Assembly (NCBI GenBank): GCA_944386295.1
Contig: CALXAO010000104.1
Span: 1 to 56,426, forward strand
Source: an uncultured Clostridia bacterium
GTDB lineage: Bacteria > Bacillota > Clostridia > Oscillospirales > UBA644
Direction: 5' to 3'
Length of the DNA: 56,426 nucleotides
A program made the position numbers and the translations under genes. Positions 20,923-30,196 of the stretch are shown in pieces (within the stretch, counting starts at the first letter, position 1; each line of letters starts with the position of its first letter). Under the pieces are notes generated by a model that was given only the letters and a program-made list of their open reading frames with translations, had not been told where the DNA came from and made no database searches.

Positions 20923-21897
20923 ATGTTTTTTCGGTATGATTCATCTGCAGTCCGGTTGACTGGCCGATGGGCGCCGCTGGGGGAGTATACAGCCACAACT
21001 GCCCCTGGTTCTTCAATTGAGGTTGCGTTTGCTGGTGCAATGGCTACGCTTCAGTTTGATCTGACTTGTATGGCAGAGCCCAGGCCTCATCTTTGGATCA
21101 GTGTAGATGCCGGTGCCCGGGTGGAAGTTCCGGTAGATCGATATCTGCGGGTTTACGGCGTTGGGGAAGGATTGCATGTAGTGCGGATTATTTACAAGGG
21201 CAGTGTGGAGCGGCAGCATCGCTGGCATCATCCCTTGGTGGGGAGGATTGCATTCTTAGGCTTTGACGCTGAAAGGGAAGGTTTACTGCCTTTGGATGCC
21301 CGTAGAACCATCGAGTTTGTGGGCGATTCTATTACAGAAGGTGTACTGATTGATGACTTCTGCCAGCCGGAAAAGGATGTTCAGAACAATCGCCCCTATC
21401 AGGATGATGTGACGGCTACTTATGCCTGGCTGACGGCCGAGGCATTGAATTTAAATCCGTTGTTTATGGGATATGGTGCCGTTGGTGTGACAAAAGGCGG
21501 GCAAGGTGGGGTCCCGAAAGCATCGGAGGCTTATCCGTATTGTTTTGAACGGGCGCCGGTGGCCTATCCATCTCCCAATTATATTTTAATCAATCATGGT
21601 GCCAATGATCGGGGCCGGTCAGAATCGGAATATTTACAGGGATATCGGGAATTGCTGGATGTGATTTTAGCCAGGAATCCTTTTTCCAAAATTATTCTTC
21701 TAAGCGCATTTTCCGGGGTGTATGTTCAGGCGCTGGAAAATTTTGCTCGGGTTTACGAAAAGGAGAAAGGCCACCCTCTCTTTTTCGTGGATTCATCTGG
21801 GTGGATTCCTCCGGAGCCTTTACATCCGCGCAGAGAAGGGCATCGCATTATTGCGGAACATTTGATACCGATTCTTCGGAAACAGTTTGCATTATAA
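20923..21897 (+). CDS. SGNH/GDSL-family hydrolase (carbohydrate esterase-like) with N-terminal beta-sandwich domain
   Basis: Block I GDSITEG, block III GANDRG and block V DxxH (HPRREGHRI). An N-terminal jelly-roll-like region of about 130 aa. GGAGGGAAG RBS. Confidence 0.7.
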   Translation: MFFRYDSSAVRLTGRWAPLGEYTATTAPGSSIEVAFAGAMATLQFDLTCMAEPRPHLWISVDAGARVEVPVDRYLRVYGVGEGLHVVRIIYKGSVERQHRWHHPLVGRIAFLGFDAEREGLLPLDARRTIEFVGDSITEGVLIDDFCQPEKDVQNNRPYQDDVTATYAWLTAEALNLNPLFMGYGAVGVTKGGQGGVPKASEAYPYCFERAPVAYPSPNYILINHGANDRGRSESEYLQGYRELLDVILARNPFSKIILLSAFSGVYVQALENFARVYEKEKGHPLFFVDSSGWIPPEPLHPRREGHRIIAEHLIPILRKQFAL

Positions 21898-21915
21898 GAA
21901 AAGGAGATTGGAAAC

Positions 21916-22896
21916 ATGGAATTTTTACCTTATATTATTGTTGGTGTTCTTTTTGTAATTGTACTGATCTGCAATTTGAAAGTAGTGCCCCAGGCAACGC
22001 AATGTGTGTTGGAGTTTTTGGGAAAATATCGGACTACCTGGAATGCGGGGTTGCATTTTAAGATTCCATTTTTTGAACGGATTGCATCCCGCATTACCCT
22101 TAAGGAACAGGTGTTAGATTCTCCGCCGCAGCCGGTAATTACTCGAGATAATGTAACCATGCGTATTGACAGTGTGGTTTTTTTCCGGGTGTATGATGCC
22201 AAACTGTATACCTATGGGGCCGTTAATCCGGTGGGGGCGCTGGAAAATCTGGCAGCAACGACGCTGCGAAATATTGTGGGGGAATTGAATCTGGACGACA
22301 CTCTGACCTCCCGGGATACTATTAACGGGAAAATGACTGAAGTTCTGGATAATGCTACCGATCAGTGGGGAATTAAGGTCACTCGTGTAGAACTAAAAAA
22401 TATTATGCCCCCCGAAGAGATCCGTAACGCCATGGAAAAACAGATGAAAGCGGAACGAGACCGTCGGGAAACGCTATTGCAGGCCGAAGGACATAAGGCG
22501 TCTTCTATTACCCGTGCTGAAGGGGAGAAGCAGGCTATGATTCTTGCCGCAGAAGGAGAACGGGATGCCCGAATTGCCCGTGCCGAAGGGGAAGCTAAAG
22601 CGTTGCTTTTGCAAAAACAGGCAGAAGCCGACGGATTACGGGCGCTGATGGAAGCTGCCCCTAATGCGGCGGTTTTGGAACTGAAAAAGTATGAAGCGCT
22701 CATTCAGGCATCCAACGGAACAGCGGCAAAGATTATTATTCCAACCGATGTGGTGGAGCCTGTTCGGCACAATGTGTTGTTCAGTGAAGTGACCGGCTTG
22801 GGTGATGTCACTGCTTCGGCACCCAAACCTGAACCTCCTGTTAAGGAAGACCCTTGTTGTGACAAGGAGCCAGAAGATATAGCACAGGAGGAATAA
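21916..22896 (+). CDS. SPFH/band-7 (stomatin/prohibitin-like) membrane protein
   Basis: N-terminal TM helix and a PHB domain (LEFLGKYRTTWNAGLHFKIPF...). Followed by a Glu/Ala/Arg-rich coiled-coil and an acidic C-terminus. Confidence 0.8.
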   Translation: MEFLPYIIVGVLFVIVLICNLKVVPQATQCVLEFLGKYRTTWNAGLHFKIPFFERIASRITLKEQVLDSPPQPVITRDNVTMRIDSVVFFRVYDAKLYTYGAVNPVGALENLAATTLRNIVGELNLDDTLTSRDTINGKMTEVLDNATDQWGIKVTRVELKNIMPPEEIRNAMEKQMKAERDRRETLLQAEGHKASSITRAEGEKQAMILAAEGERDARIARAEGEAKALLLQKQAEADGLRALMEAAPNAAVLELKKYEALIQASNGTAAKIIIPTDVVEPVRHNVLFSEVTGLGDVTASAPKPEPPVKEDPCCDKEPEDIAQEE

Positions 22897-22935
22897 TACG
22901 CTAAGAAATTTAGATTTCAAAGGAAGAGAGTTATT

Positions 22936-23760
22936 TTGAGAAAATATGCTGCCTCAATTACTGTGCTTTTCATTTTTGAAATTGTTGCGGTAGCTTTATG
23001 GTTGTCACTTGACAATATATTTTATCTTTTTAATTTTTCATATATTGGGATATGTTTGTCAATTGGACTATTTTTATATGCTAAGAAAATTAAATATGCT
23101 CGAAATGTAGTGCAATTCAGTGTGGGATTTTATATGTTGGTATATTTGGGTTTAATCTGCAAAGAGAATATGCAAATTGAAGGTTTTTGGTATTATTTAT
23201 TTCTTGGCTTATTTGAAGCAGCTGTGATACATTATGTTGTTGCTAAAATATTGGGGCCATTGATATTTGGCCGAGGTTGGTGCGGATATGCCTGCTGGAC
23301 TGCTATGATTTTGGATATACTTCCCTATAGGCAACCAAAACAGCCGCGGAAGAAAATTGGGTATGTTCGATACATCGTATTTTTATTATCGCTAGCTTTT
23401 GTATGCGGTCTATTTGTCTTTAAGGTGCCCAATATAGAAAATATTATGGCATGGAGCTTTCTTATCGGAAATGCAGTATATTATATTGCTGGAATTGCGT
23501 TAGCATTTGCTTTCAAAGATAATCGTGCTTTTTGCAAATACATTTGTCCTATTACAGTTTTTCTCAAACCGGTAAGTTATTTTTCGTTGATTAGAGTAAA
23601 AAATGATACCTCAAAATGTGTATCCTGCGGTAGATGCAAAAAGGTTTGTCCAATGAATGTGGACGTAATAAACAATTCACGAAAAAGAGCAAATGCAACA
23701 GAATGTATTCTTTGCTTCAGGTGTATTGATGAATGCCCTACAAAGTCATTGTATAGTTAA
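22936..23760 (+). CDS. NapH/MauN-like polyferredoxin: polytopic membrane protein with two 4Fe-4S clusters
   Basis: GRGWCGYACW and CPITVFLKP motifs, plus two CxxCxxCxxxCP clusters (CVSCGRCKKVCP, CILCFRCIDECP). The gene lies in a markedly AT-rich segment. Confidence 0.7.
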   Translation: MRKYAASITVLFIFEIVAVALWLSLDNIFYLFNFSYIGICLSIGLFLYAKKIKYARNVVQFSVGFYMLVYLGLICKENMQIEGFWYYLFLGLFEAAVIHYVVAKILGPLIFGRGWCGYACWTAMILDILPYRQPKQPRKKIGYVRYIVFLLSLAFVCGLFVFKVPNIENIMAWSFLIGNAVYYIAGIALAFAFKDNRAFCKYICPITVFLKPVSYFSLIRVKNDTSKCVSCGRCKKVCPMNVDVINNSRKRANATECILCFRCIDECPTKSLYS

Positions 23761-23838
23761 GTAAGCTTCCCAAATTTGTTTAAAAGTAACTCTGGACCTA
23801 TTTGATGAAAAATGCTTCATTATGGTACGGTAAAAAAT

Positions 23839-23877
23839 ACGCGTAGTATTTTTAGCAATACTACGCGTGTTTTTTTA
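23839..23877 (+). terminator. Intrinsic terminator after the 4Fe-4S gene
   Basis: 12-bp stem acgcgtagtatt / aatactacgcgt followed by gttttttt. Confidence 0.75.
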
Positions 23878-24095
23878 GTTTTCTAAATAAAGATTCTAAA
23901 AGAATATTGGGGAAGGCTTTAATTTTGAATGTTGCCGTTCTTTTTTTCTTCATTGAATGGTGCGTTCTTTCCTAAATGCCTTTTTACAATGTTGTCGCTT
24001 AGTTTTTTATCAACAGGCGCAAAATACTTTGGGAGGATATTTTCGGCGTGGTCGTTGTCGTTACACTGAAATTTGAAAATGTTTTATTAAAAAAA

Positions 24096-25430
24096 TTAAA
24101 TAGTTAGGCGAAATTGTTCAGTTTCAATAAGAATAAGAATTTCTTCTTCTGCACCAGTCTCAGCGTTAATGAAGACCAACACTTGCGTGTCTGTTTCATT
24201 GCTAACGTGGAACTGGTAACATAGGATTGCTTTTCCATCATTGGTTGGCAGCAAAACCAATCGGCAGTCGGATACCGTCAGAGAGGGTTTGAGAATGCTT
24301 TCGGCATCGGTTTGGGTCAGAGTCGGAATCAGGTTTCGATCGACAGCTTTATTTTTCAGCCATTCAGACCCGTCTACACGGAGAATTTCTCCGTTGTCCA
24401 AAGCAACGGAAACTGTGATTCGCTCCGGGTAGCAAAGTACATTGTTGTTGAATGCTGCATAGGTGACGGTAAGCACATTTCCTTCCGCTCGAAACTGGAT
24501 CGGTTCTAAAATACCAAAACCGTGATCTGCTAAAAAGGCTGCTCCCTGTTCTATGGCGGCAGAATCTTCCAGTTTTGCGTCTTCTATTTCCCGATATCTG
24601 TTCAAATACCAAAGATATCCACTTTCTGTCAAGGTGACTGACGCATCCTCTTTCTCAAAGGTATACAAGACAAGCGGAGATTCCTGCCGGTGAATTACTT
24701 CCAGGTCCGTCCGTTCCAGAAGCTGTTCCGCTTGGGTCCGGAGTTCTTCGGTGGATTTGGCCGGTTGTTGGGTAATCCAGCTGCTGATCCAGTCAGAACC
24801 AGTACCGGAAAATGGGCCATTATAACTAAGAGGGGACATTCCTTCAAAAATATTTTCTAATTGTTCCATTTCTGTAGGATCAGTTCCTTCTTCAGAAGGC
24901 GCAAAAAGGGTTTGGAAGCCTTCAATATCCATGTTTTCTTCGGCAATGCGGCCGCTGAGCGTATTTATCTGAGTGGAAAGTTCCTGGGCTGCTGCGGAAA
25001 GCTCTTGTAAAGATTTTGTTTCTGTTTCGGTCAGTTCTGTTCCGTTAAGTTGCTTTTTTGCCAGATAAAGGGAATATTCGCCTATTTGATTTAAGAATTG
25101 CCTGGTTTTATCCAGATGCAGATCATAAATTGGCAGTTGCTCTAAACAAGTCCTCGCTGCACCGGCTTCTCGCCAGACCTGGGCTGCCCAGGTGACCGAT
25201 TGAGTATCTGTGGAGGCATACATTCCCTTTTGCAGCGCCAAATCCATATTTTGCAGCGCTTGGGCCAGGTCGGTAATCGATTGACGGTAAGCTGCGGAGT
25301 TCACGGTGTCGTTTCGGTCATTTTGGCCGCGCAGCTCATTTCGGGCCGATAGGGCCAGACCACCAAAACAAAGGCAGACTGCCAGACTGAAGGAAATCCA
25401 GCGGACTGCTGTCCGGGTTTTGATAAACAT
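24096..25430 (-). CDS. ypeB: Sporulation/germination protein YpeB
   Basis: N-terminal TM segment. C-terminal PepSY-type blocks (CYPERITVSVALDNGEILRV; KAILCYQFHVSNETDTQVLVFINAETGAEEE) match YpeB C-terminal motifs. Confidence 0.8.
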   Translation of the reverse strand: MFIKTRTAVRWISFSLAVCLCFGGLALSARNELRGQNDRNDTVNSAAYRQSITDLAQALQNMDLALQKGMYASTDTQSVTWAAQVWREAGAARTCLEQLPIYDLHLDKTRQFLNQIGEYSLYLAKKQLNGTELTETETKSLQELSAAAQELSTQINTLSGRIAEENMDIEGFQTLFAPSEEGTDPTEMEQLENIFEGMSPLSYNGPFSGTGSDWISSWITQQPAKSTEELRTQAEQLLERTDLEVIHRQESPLVLYTFEKEDASVTLTESGYLWYLNRYREIEDAKLEDSAAIEQGAAFLADHGFGILEPIQFRAEGNVLTVTYAAFNNNVLCYPERITVSVALDNGEILRVDGSEWLKNKAVDRNLIPTLTQTDAESILKPSLTVSDCRLVLLPTNDGKAILCYQFHVSNETDTQVLVFINAETGAEEEILILIETEQFRLTI

Positions 25431-25491
25431 GAAAAAACATCCTTTCCTCTGGGTTTTACTGTCAGTATGTGCAAAATTGTTTCAAATATGC

Positions 25492-25523
25492 AAAAAAAAT
25501 CCCCCGTGTACTATACACAGGGG
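25492..25523 (-). terminator. Intrinsic terminator after the beta-propeller gene
   Basis: Minus-strand hairpin cccctgtgta/tacacggggg followed by a U-run (A8 on the plus strand). Confidence 0.6.
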
Positions 25524-25529
25524 CAATGC

Positions 25530-27062
25530 TCAGAAATGCAGGCAGCTGAGAAGTTCGTAGTTGTTCATGGAATAAGCCGCTGCTCCTCCGTCCCAGGTTA
25601 GATATAGGATCTGGCCGATATAAGCAGCCCGAGCATTGTCTTGGGTGGAAAGAGCGTTTTCTTTTGTCGGAATGGTCAGGCTTGCTTTTATTTGGAACAT
25701 TTTCAAAGAAGCATTATACTGATAAATCTCGTATCGGTACGTCTCGGTTTGAAATCCAATCAGATTTTGTTTGGGAGAAATTAGAAGAGCCTTGTGATTA
25801 AAAAGTGCTTCGGAATAATAAGATTCGATGTCTTTCGTGCAAAGTTCGGTAACTGCAGTGGGATCGGAAATATCAAACATGGAAAGTTTGATTGTGCCTG
25901 TGTCTGTTTCGCCCAGTCCAAACAGCAGTCCTTCCCCGTAGGGATGCAGATACCGGGAGAATCCGGGAATTTTCAGCTCGCTGAGAATTTTTGGGTTTTG
26001 CGGGTCTGACAGGTCGGCGGCAAACAATGGGTCAATTTGCCGATAAGTGACAAAGTAGCAAAAATTACCTAGGAAGCGGGCGGAATAAATGGACTCATTG
26101 GGAGCCAATCCTTCGATTTTGCCTACGGTCTGCAGGTTTGCATCCAAAATATAAAGATTGTTGCTTCGTTTCGAATTCTTTAAAACTGTTGTTACTAACC
26201 GGAAATATCCGTTTGCCTCATCCATGGAAAACTGGTTGAGCAAACATCCCGGCACCGATCCCCAGGCGAGCGGCTCTATTTTACCTTGTTCCAAGGAAAA
26301 AGAAATCAGATTAGTAAAATTGCTGCTTTCCCGGTCGGACAGTCCAAACAGAAGGTTCCCGTCCTGTATAGCGGAGCTTTGGCTGTTCGTCACGTACAGT
26401 CGGTCCGCTGTGGCGTAAACGGTATCACCGCTACCCAATACAGCCCGGACATCGGAAAAGAATTGGGGTTGATTTACATCCAGGGCGGTCAAAATTAGAT
26501 AGTTTGTATCGGAAATTTCCTTGCCCAAATAAATTCGGTCAGCTGGAATGGGGGACAGACTGCCGTCGGTTCCGGTCGTTTTCGGCGGAGTTTCGCCAAA
26601 ATACTGGGTTTCTGTAATCAGATACAAGTAACCTCCGGTCATTCGGGATGCCAGAAATCTTCCTTCTTGAATCAGGGTTCCGGTTTGTAGAGGCGCGGTG
26701 GGGTCGGAGATATCAAACACACAGATCTGTGTTCCACTTTTGCAAGTTCCGGTAATTACAAGTACAGTATCGCAGAGATACATTTCTTGGGGTCTTATTT
26801 CTTCCAAATACTGTTCCGTTACAATTTGCAGTTCTTTGTTGGTATCTAAAATGATCAGCCGGGATCCGGACAGGCGGTACAGGTATCTGCCGTCGGTTTT
26901 CAGAATGTCTCCCTCGTCTACTCCCTCCACCTGGACATTGGTTTCCGAGTGGTTGTTTCCTGTCCCGTCAGGCGCAGCGTTCGTGGCGGTATCGGGCAAT
27001 GGGGGAGTCTCCTCCGGGGATGTTGAAAGGCTTTCTTTTTGTCCGTGGAACAGAAGGGACAA
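25530..27062 (-). CDS. Beta-propeller domain (extracytoplasmic part of an anti-sigma factor); in frame with, but separated by one TAA from, the upstream anti-sigma N-terminal ORF
   Basis: 510 aa with repeated Y..T/F-D-hydrophobic blade-like segments. No signal peptide or TM of its own. Same reading frame as 27090-27374, with only a TAA at 27087-27089 between them. Confidence 0.6.
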   Translation of the reverse strand: MSLLFHGQKESLSTSPEETPPLPDTATNAAPDGTGNNHSETNVQVEGVDEGDILKTDGRYLYRLSGSRLIILDTNKELQIVTEQYLEEIRPQEMYLCDTVLVITGTCKSGTQICVFDISDPTAPLQTGTLIQEGRFLASRMTGGYLYLITETQYFGETPPKTTGTDGSLSPIPADRIYLGKEISDTNYLILTALDVNQPQFFSDVRAVLGSGDTVYATADRLYVTNSQSSAIQDGNLLFGLSDRESSNFTNLISFSLEQGKIEPLAWGSVPGCLLNQFSMDEANGYFRLVTTVLKNSKRSNNLYILDANLQTVGKIEGLAPNESIYSARFLGNFCYFVTYRQIDPLFAADLSDPQNPKILSELKIPGFSRYLHPYGEGLLFGLGETDTGTIKLSMFDISDPTAVTELCTKDIESYYSEALFNHKALLISPKQNLIGFQTETYRYEIYQYNASLKMFQIKASLTIPTKENALSTQDNARAAYIGQILYLTWDGGAAAYSMNNYELLSCLHF

Positions 27063-27089
27063 TAGCCCGTTATCCAGAATACTTGTTTA

Positions 27090-27374
27090 TTGACGAGCCT
27101 GGCAAGCTGCAACGGCCTGTTCGATAACCCGATAACTACCTGCGGCCCGCAGATCATTCCCCTCTCCAAAGGGACGGGAGATTGTGCGGGAATAGGGAAT
27201 CAGCAAAAGACACAAAAGCAGACATAGACAGACAGCGGTCCCCAGCAGCACTGGGTGCTTGTTTCGTTCCTGTTTTTTTTGTTCCGATTCGTTTATTTTG
27301 CGGGCTATGCGGGAAACCACATAGCTATCAGGGGTAATGTTTTCCATTGCTTTCCGGTAGCGGTCGCGAAACAT
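27090..27374 (-). CDS. Anti-sigma factor N-terminal part (cytoplasmic segment plus one TM helix)
   Basis: 95 aa. The start overlaps the ECF sigma stop (ATGA). A charged N-terminus is followed by the hydrophobic helix LLGTAVCLCLLLCLLLI. It ends at a TAA that is in frame with the beta-propeller ORF. Confidence 0.6.
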
Positions 27375-27883
27375 TAAAAATCCTCTCCTTTCAGACAGTT
27401 CCGAAGGTATTCCCGTCCACGGCTTAACAGGGATCGGACCGTAGACGGGTTTTTTCGCAGCAAAGACGCGATTTGCTCTGTGCTGCGATCCTCATAATAA
27501 AAGAGATGGATGACCGCCCGGTACAAGGGCGGCAACTGCCGTACTGCGGTTAGCACCGAATCTTCCGGAAGATCCGGTCCGGCTTCCGCCAAAGTTCCCG
27601 GTAGGGGAACGGTCTGATTCCAGACAGACCGTACACGGGATCGGCTGCAATTCAGAGTGACCCGCAGAAGCCAGGTTTTCCGATGTTCCTCATTTTTGCA
27701 ACGGGGACGTTTACGCAGATAAAGCAAAAACACATCTTGCAAAATATCATCGGCATCGTCCCTGTTTGCGGTAATGGAATAGGCTAGACGGAATACCGAA
27801 TTTCGGTAAATACGGAACACTTCCTCCGGCGCCGGAGGGGCGTCTGGCATGTGCGGTTGCGTCACAGTGATCATCTCCTTCAC
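27374..27883 (-). CDS. ECF (group IV) RNA polymerase sigma factor
   Basis: Sigma-70 region 2 (DADDILQDVFLLYL) and region 4 (LPPLYRAVIHLFYYEDRSTEQIASLL). 169 aa. Confidence 0.85.
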   Translation of the reverse strand: MKEMITVTQPHMPDAPPAPEEVFRIYRNSVFRLAYSITANRDDADDILQDVFLLYLRKRPRCKNEEHRKTWLLRVTLNCSRSRVRSVWNQTVPLPGTLAEAGPDLPEDSVLTAVRQLPPLYRAVIHLFYYEDRSTEQIASLLRKNPSTVRSLLSRGREYLRNCLKGEDF

Positions 27884-27887
27884 TGTA

Positions 27888-27916
27888 TAAACGTTTTTTT
27901 AAGGAGAAATGTTGCA
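27888..27916 (-). promoter_or_regulatory. ECF-type (AAC...CGT) promoter, probably autoregulatory
   Basis: Minus strand: TGCAAC, a 17-nt spacer, then CGTTTA, upstream of the ECF sigma gene. Confidence 0.4.
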
Positions 27917-27941
27917 TTTATATTGTGAATTTTTTTTGAAT

Positions 27942-28811
27942 TTAAAGAGAGTCAGGGTCTTGGTCCTTAAAGCCTTCTCCCAAAACCTCGTTAGCATCGC
28001 CTACGATAACAAAAGCGTCCGGGTCGGTTTGGTGAATAATGGATTTTAATCGGAATAGTTCATATTTGCGGACAACTACAACTAACAGGGTTTTTTCCTC
28101 ATTAGACCAGCCGCCCCGGGCGTCCAGAAGCGTGACGCCTCGATGAAGCTGAGTCAGGATTTCCTGTTTGAGTGCTTCTTCCTGGGCGGTAATAATCTGT
28201 ACGGTTTTTGCCCGATCCATACCGCCGAGAATGGTATCAATAACCGTACTGACTAGATAAACTACGATTGCGGAATACAGCACTGTCCAAAAATCTCGGA
28301 ACACAATGGCCGAAGCTGCTACAATTACCGTGTCAATGAGTAGAATCATCTGTCCGTAGCTAATAAAGGGAAAGGGAACCAGAAGAATTCGGGCCAGCAA
28401 ATCACTTCCGCCGGTTGCCATCCCACGAAGGTAAATAATTCCCAGTCCTGCGCCAGACAAAATTCCGCCAAAAATGGCAGCCAGAAGTTTGTCTTCTGTA
28501 AAACTGGGAAGAAATTCGGTTAGGTCAATAAAGAGAGAGGTGACTACGGTTGCAATCACGGTTTTAATCATAAATTCTCGGCCAAGGAGTTTTATAGAGC
28601 CAAAAAACAGAGGCAGATTGAGCAAGACAATCAGCACTCCCATGGGGACAGGGAGAATCTGGTGAAGCATGAGCGCCACGCCAGTAGCTCCTCCCATGGC
28701 AATGTTGTTTGGTTCTGTGAACATATGAATGCCGCAGGCAAACAAAAATCCGCCTGCGGCCAACGCAACGCTGTTCAGGAGCCATTCTTTCCAAAAATTT
28801 TTCCGGGGCAT
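27942..28811 (-). CDS. YitT-family membrane protein (DUF161 + DUF2179)
   Basis: 289 aa. A five-TM N-terminal domain with AAGGFLFACGI and GGATG motifs, plus a C-terminal soluble DUF2179-like domain. Confidence 0.7.
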   Translation of the reverse strand: MPRKNFWKEWLLNSVALAAGGFLFACGIHMFTEPNNIAMGGATGVALMLHQILPVPMGVLIVLLNLPLFFGSIKLLGREFMIKTVIATVVTSLFIDLTEFLPSFTEDKLLAAIFGGILSGAGLGIIYLRGMATGGSDLLARILLVPFPFISYGQMILLIDTVIVAASAIVFRDFWTVLYSAIVVYLVSTVIDTILGGMDRAKTVQIITAQEEALKQEILTQLHRGVTLLDARGGWSNEEKTLLVVVVRKYELFRLKSIIHQTDPDAFVIVGDANEVLGEGFKDQDPDSL

Positions 28812-29221
28812 TAAAATTCCTCCTTCAATTCCGGGAACATTTTGCCGAACAGGTTTCTCATCCGTTGGGTTTGTCCCGTTAAGTAAAGGTAGCCAAACAA
28901 GGCTTCTACTCCAGTTGCCCGTTTGTACTGGAGTGGGTCAGTATGTTTTCCGCCGGAAGCATTGGAGTTTCTTCCTCTACGGTAGATGGCCTCTTCTTCT
29001 GTTGTCAGTTCCTCCAAAATTCGGGCTAGTCCCTTATCCTGTCCTGCGGCGCAGACAAATTGCTTTGCAGTTGTATGCATAGCTCCGTTTGGACGATTGC
29101 CTTCCCGAATCAGTCTTTCCCGAACCAGCAGTTCATATACACTATCTCCCAAATACGCCAGTGTCAGGGGAGAATACTGAGCCGCAGTCCGTTCATCCAG
29201 AGGTACTTGGTTGCAAAGCAT
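28811..29221 (-). CDS. mrnC: Mini-ribonuclease III
   Basis: 136 aa carrying the RNase III catalytic signature LAYLGDSVYEL. Confidence 0.8.
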   Translation of the reverse strand: MLCNQVPLDERTAAQYSPLTLAYLGDSVYELLVRERLIREGNRPNGAMHTTAKQFVCAAGQDKGLARILEELTTEEEAIYRRGRNSNASGGKHTDPLQYKRATGVEALFGYLYLTGQTQRMRNLFGKMFPELKEEF

Positions 29222-29223
29222 GC

Positions 29224-29823
29224 TTATAAATCCCTTCTGTTTTCTAAAGCTTTTGCCAGGGTTAGTTCATCTGCGTACTCCAAATCGCCTCCCATAGGAA
29301 GACCAAAGGCCAGACGGGTAGTTTTCAGTCCTAGAGGTTTCAGCAGTTTGGACAGGTAAATAGCCGTGGCATCTCCTTCCACGGTCGGATTGGTTGCAAT
29401 GATTAGCTCTCGGACGCTGCCGTCTGAGACCCTTGCCAACAGCTCCTTGATTCGAATGTCTCCAGGGCCAATGTTATCCATGGGCGAGATTGCGCCGTGA
29501 AGTACATGGTACAATCCCTTGAATTCACCGGTTTTTTCGATGGCAAGGACATCAGATGGATTTTCCACCACACAAATGATTTCTTTATTCCGTCCAGAGT
29601 CACCGCAGATGGCGCAGATTTCACCCTCGGTCAGGTTCTGACAGATACGGCAGGACCTGACATTTTGTTTTGCTCTACGGATAGCGTCCGCAAAGGCGGT
29701 CGCTTCTTCTTCCGGCATGTTCAGCAAATAGAAAGCTAAACGTTGGGCTGATTTATTTCCGATACCAGGCAGACGTCGGAAGTGCTCTGTTAGTTCATCA
29801 AGGAGATGAAAGCGATAAGCCAT
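29224..29823 (-). CDS. recR: Recombination protein RecR
   Basis: HhH motif LPGIGNKSAQRLAFYLL. C4 zinc finger CRICQNL...CAIC. Toprim domain. Confidence 0.9.
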   Translation of the reverse strand: MAYRFHLLDELTEHFRRLPGIGNKSAQRLAFYLLNMPEEEATAFADAIRRAKQNVRSCRICQNLTEGEICAICGDSGRNKEIICVVENPSDVLAIEKTGEFKGLYHVLHGAISPMDNIGPGDIRIKELLARVSDGSVRELIIATNPTVEGDATAIYLSKLLKPLGLKTTRLAFGLPMGGDLEYADELTLAKALENRRDL

Positions 29824-29836
29824 GCTCGTATGCCGC

Positions 29837-30181
29837 TCAGAAGCCGGGGATGTTGGGAAGATTCAGTCCTGCCGTTAGCTTGCCCATTTCTTCCGCGTTG
29901 GTTTTTTCTACAGTTTCTACGGCCTGGTTAAAGGCGGCAATAAGCAGATCTTCCAGCATTTCAGGCTCATCTTTTGCATCTGCCAGGACTTCTGGGTCAA
30001 TATGAATGGCCTTAATTTCCTTTGTACCCATAATTTTTACGGTTACTGCACCTCCACCGGCGGCAATATTGTATTCCCGGCTATTGAGTTCTTCTTCCTT
30101 GGCCGCAGAGTCCTGTTGAAACTGTTGTACTTTTTTCATCAGTTCCTGTTGCGTGTTTTGCTGTGGAATTCTTACTTTCAT
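29837..30181 (-). CDS. ybaB: Nucleoid-associated protein YbaB/EbfC
   Basis: 114 aa, Q-rich N-terminus, typical YbaB fold sequence. Located between dnaX and recR. Confidence 0.9.
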   Translation of the reverse strand: MKVRIPQQNTQQELMKKVQQFQQDSAAKEEELNSREYNIAAGGGAVTVKIMGTKEIKAIHIDPEVLADAKDEPEMLEDLLIAAFNQAVETVEKTNAEEMGKLTAGLNLPNIPGF

Positions 30182-30196
30182 GATGATGGCTCCTTT

